Position numbers and translations under genes: made by a program. DNA of 64,000 nucleotides. Origin: Scyliorhinus canicula. Its lineage: Eukaryota. This document shows, piece after piece, positions 61,001-64,000 of the stretch (position 1 is its first letter; every line of letters begins with the position of its first letter). The notes beneath the pieces are model-generated. The model had not been told where the DNA came from and searched no databases. It saw only the letters and a program-made list of their open reading frames with translations. Location: positions 91,891,030 to 91,955,029 of the forward strand of contig NC_052154.1 of assembly GCF_902713615.1 (NCBI RefSeq), written 5' to 3'.

Positions 61001-62982
61001 CGTCCCCGCTGAACACCAAACCACCACCTGCATCGCTAGTCGTGCAGAGGGTCAACACACAACTTCCACCACCACAACCCCCCCCCCCCACCCACTCTCA
61101 GTGTACACTGCTCCACTTCGACATCACCCTTTCCACTGGGTCCAGACGGTATGGCACAACATTGATGGCTGTGTTAGCGGGTGTGATCAGTGCCATGTGG
61201 AATGATGACAGCCCGCACTGCGAAGAACTGTGAGCTCAGAATCGTTAGAGAGAGTCTGACCCATGGCAATAGCTGAACCATCCACCTTGGTGGCCGCTGA
61301 GATCGTTACTGGCACTCTATCACGTGCCCGCGTGGGCTAGCTGTGGGAGGGGGTGGGGGGGGAGGGGCAGGGACTGCACACCCGGCACCGAAGTTTCACC
61401 GCTCGTCAACCCCAGCGACACTCGGTCACCATCACGATTCCTGTGGCTGTGGAACAATCACACGGTATTACAAGTAAGGTGGAACAGTGCGTTTAATGTT
61501 AACAATTATTTACAGGTGCCCGAGCCCCGACAACTAAACTGTGCCCTTCACCCGTGCCAACTTACTCAGTGTCTATCTTAGTTGCCTTACGGGCCCTAAC
61601 ACTACGTCTACGTGACTCCCCAGATGATACAGCAGGAGTGGAGGAGGATTGCTGCGAATCGCCCCCCTCGACTCGTTTCTCCTTGGCCAAGCGTTTCCTG
61701 GGGCGACCCGGTCTTGATGGGCCAGACTGCTCTGCGGGCGTCTCGGGTGACATTGTGCCACCCTGCTCTGCCTGCTGCCCACCCGATGCACCAGGGATGG
61801 GACGGGGGGAGGCCGAGAATTCCGGGACGTCCCGTGATGGACTTAATGGGACCGGCCCCGAAACCTCCTCCTCCCTCGGGGAGCCCGGTGGCACCCGGGC
61901 CTCACTTTGGGACAGAGGTGCGAGCGGGGAGGTGCCCCGTCGCACCACCGACACCTGGCGCTGCCAGTCCTGGAGGCCTGCAACGGTATCCACCAGAATC
62001 CGAATGTTTGCAGACACGGAGTCCAGGGAGTTAGACATTCCCGCCAGGGACTGTGCGATCTCAACCTGTGTGTGCACGACGCCATCCAGCACATGTGTCA
62101 GGTGGTTGATGCTCTCGGCGACTGACTGCTGCAACTGGCCAATGACCTGGTGAGACAGGGCCAAGGCCTGCAGGGCGCCGGCAATGTCGTTTTGCCTATG
62201 GCACATTGCTGCCTCTGAGTGGGCAACCCTGTCCAGGGCCGAGGATGACGCGTGCATATTAACCCCAATGCCTTGCATCACCTGACCCATTGCCTCCACC
62301 GCGGATGCCATCCGTGCGGTGTCGGACTGGGTCACTGCCAAGAGCGTGGACGGGGTTCGACTCCTCTAACAGCGTCTGCAGAGTCAGGAAGGCAGCCCTC
62401 ATCCCGTCGTTGTTTCCCTGGGTTTCTTGAGGCATCGGCTGTGCGGGTGGGTTGAGAAACTCCAGGAACTCCGAAAACGTCTGGGAGCCAGCTGCAACCT
62501 GGGCCTGGTCTGGCCTCCGAGAGTCCGGGCCCTCGGTTGCTCCGACCTCCACCTGCTGTACCTGCTCAGCTGTGTGGTGCGAACCAGACTGTGACCCAGG
62601 AGACTCATCACTAAATAGGCCCGCCGGGAAGAGTGTCTCTGGGATGATGGATGTTGTGGGAGATAGCAGTGCCGCAAGCCCGATGTTGTCGCAATTTAGC
62701 ACCTCCTCAATGGTGTGGGGCCGCTCAGAGTCCGGAGGGTTATCGCTGGCCATTTCCGTGGCTTGTGGTCTCGCCACCCTCTGGGCGTCCTGATCCGCAG
62801 ATTGGGTTGGGGAGGATGGGACTCCCTGCTGATCGGGCACCCTCTGTCGTGCGGCCCCGGGTGAGGTGGGGGAAGATGCCTGTGTCCGTCTGCAGCCAGA
62901 CAGCCCTGGTCATTTGGCATCACGTCCTAGGGAAGAGAATGAGATGGGTTATTTAGATTTGCTCGGCAGGCCGCTGGACGGT

Positions 62983-63605
62983 CCCAGTGGGCAGCGTGTG
63001 AAGGGACAGAGGATGGGGGAGGTATCCCAGTGGGCAGGGTGTGTGAAGGGACAGAGGATGGGGGAGGTATCCCAGTGGGCAGGGTGTGTGAAGGGACAGA
63101 GGATGGGGGAGGTATCCCAGTGGGCAGGGTGTGTGAAGGGACAGAGGATGGGGGAGGTATCCCAGTGGGCAGGGTGTGTGAAGGGACAGAGGATGGGGGA
63201 GGTGTCCAAGTTGGCAGCATGGTAGCATGGTGGTTAGCATAAATGCTTCACAGCTCCAGTGTCCCAGGTTCGATTCCCGGCTGGGTCACTGTTTGTGTGG
63301 AGTCTGCACATCCTCCCCGTGTGCGCGTGGGTTTCCTCCGGGTGCTCCGGTGTCCTCCCACAGTCCAAAGATGTGCGGGTTAGGTGGATTGGCCGTGCTA
63401 AATTGCCCGTAGTGTCCTAAAAAGTAAGGTTAAGGGGGGGGGGGGGTTGTTGGGTTACGAGTATAGGGTGGATACGTGGGTTTGAGTAGGGTGACCATTG
63501 CTCGGCACAGCATCCAGGGCCGAAGGGTCTGTTCTGTGCTGTACTGTTCTATCTATCTATCTTAAGTGGGCAGGGTGTGTGAAGGGACAGAGGATGGGGG
63601 AGGGG
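62983..63605. repeat. 45-bp minisatellite (about 6 units) in the Myb gene intron; last unit split by a SINE
   Basis: Unit cccagtgggcagggtgtgtgaagggacagaggatgggggaggtat at 62983 (43 bp), 63026, 63071, 63116 and 63161; resumes at about 63564. Confidence 0.95.
63212..63561 (+). mobile_element. Young HE1/V-SINE
   Basis: Full-length, (ctat)n tail, flanked by aagt on both sides. Confidence 0.95.
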
Positions 63606-64000
63606 TGGGTGTTTGTCAAGGAGGGTTGTCTCACTTGTTGCAGCTCTGCCAACCTCGCACAGCGTGACATCCCGGCTGGCAGACCCCCCAACAAGATCCA
63701 GTGCCCTCTGCTCAAAGGTGGTGAGGGGGTGCAGTTTGGGCGAACCCCCTCCAGTCTTGTGCCGCTCACGGTTGTTGTGAGCGGACTTGGCCTGTTGGGG
63801 GAGGGTACATAGGTAGATCATTACAATACGGCAGGTATCAGCAGTCCGTTCAGATACTGGCACAGTTTGGGGGTCAAGTTGTCATAAGACGATTGCATCT
63901 CTCCACGGGGCCAGAGTGCTGGGTCTGTGACAACTTTGTGAACCACCCTCAAATAACTCTGCCCCAATCCCCCTCCACCCCCCCGTGCCAGGGGGGGAGG

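Larger units (their letters stand above)
61554..63750 (-). pseudogene. Harbinger Myb/SANT accessory gene, exons 2-3 (exon 1 lies beyond the window); frameshift near 62340
   Basis: Exon 2 AKSAHNNRERHKTGGG...LTTFEQRALDLVGG then gtgaga; exon 3 from a cctag| acceptor at about 62929; overlapping ORFs 62259-62840 and 61562-62341. Confidence 0.85.
57991..64000 (+). mobile_element. Relatively young PIF/Harbinger transposon (continues past the window) with transposase (+) and convergent Myb/SANT gene (-), hit by CR1 and SINE insertions
   Basis: Left TIR gggtggaattctcc at 57991; subterminal ggagaat/attctcc repeats at 58040-58200; long open frames for both genes. Confidence 0.92.

Noticed and set aside
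62927-63242. Multiple repetitive ORFs, and a possible CRISPR-like array
   Set aside because: A pure 45-bp tandem repeat with no spacers; the unit is a multiple of 3, so open frames arise trivially.
6288-63561. tRNA-like heads with A/B-box-like motifs
   Set aside because: All belong to SINEs; no complete tRNA cloverleaf gene was seen.

Overview
This is repeat-dense vertebrate genomic DNA, almost certainly from a cartilaginous fish. It carries HE1/V-SINE-type SINEs that share a tail with CR1 (HER1-like) LINEs; a catshark-like origin is inferred from repeat content only. Most of the window is transposon-derived: several PIF/Harbinger elements and remnants, many CR1 fragments, two degraded Gypsy elements with Gmr1-type order (PR-INT-RT-RH), Penelope elements, a Rex1/Babar LINE and at least three SINE types. 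Embedded in this is a cluster of non-rearranging antigen-receptor-like IgSF genes. Gene B (minus strand) has intact, phase-compatible leader (55723-55777), VJ-type V (55273-55590) and C1-set (53420-53731) exons, then a frameshifted second C1 exon (53083-53356). About 12 kb further on, a transmembrane exon (41362-41472) and a cytoplasmic exon (40772-40809) would splice in frame. Gene A (plus strand, about 14.8-16.1 kb) is a homologous VJ gene with an IRF-E/TATA promoter, a leader exon split by a SINE, and a perfect CACAGTG heptamer at its V/J boundary. Coordinates were read by eye: exon boundaries should be exact, repeat boundaries are approximate. No CRISPR arrays, rRNA genes or true tRNA genes were seen.
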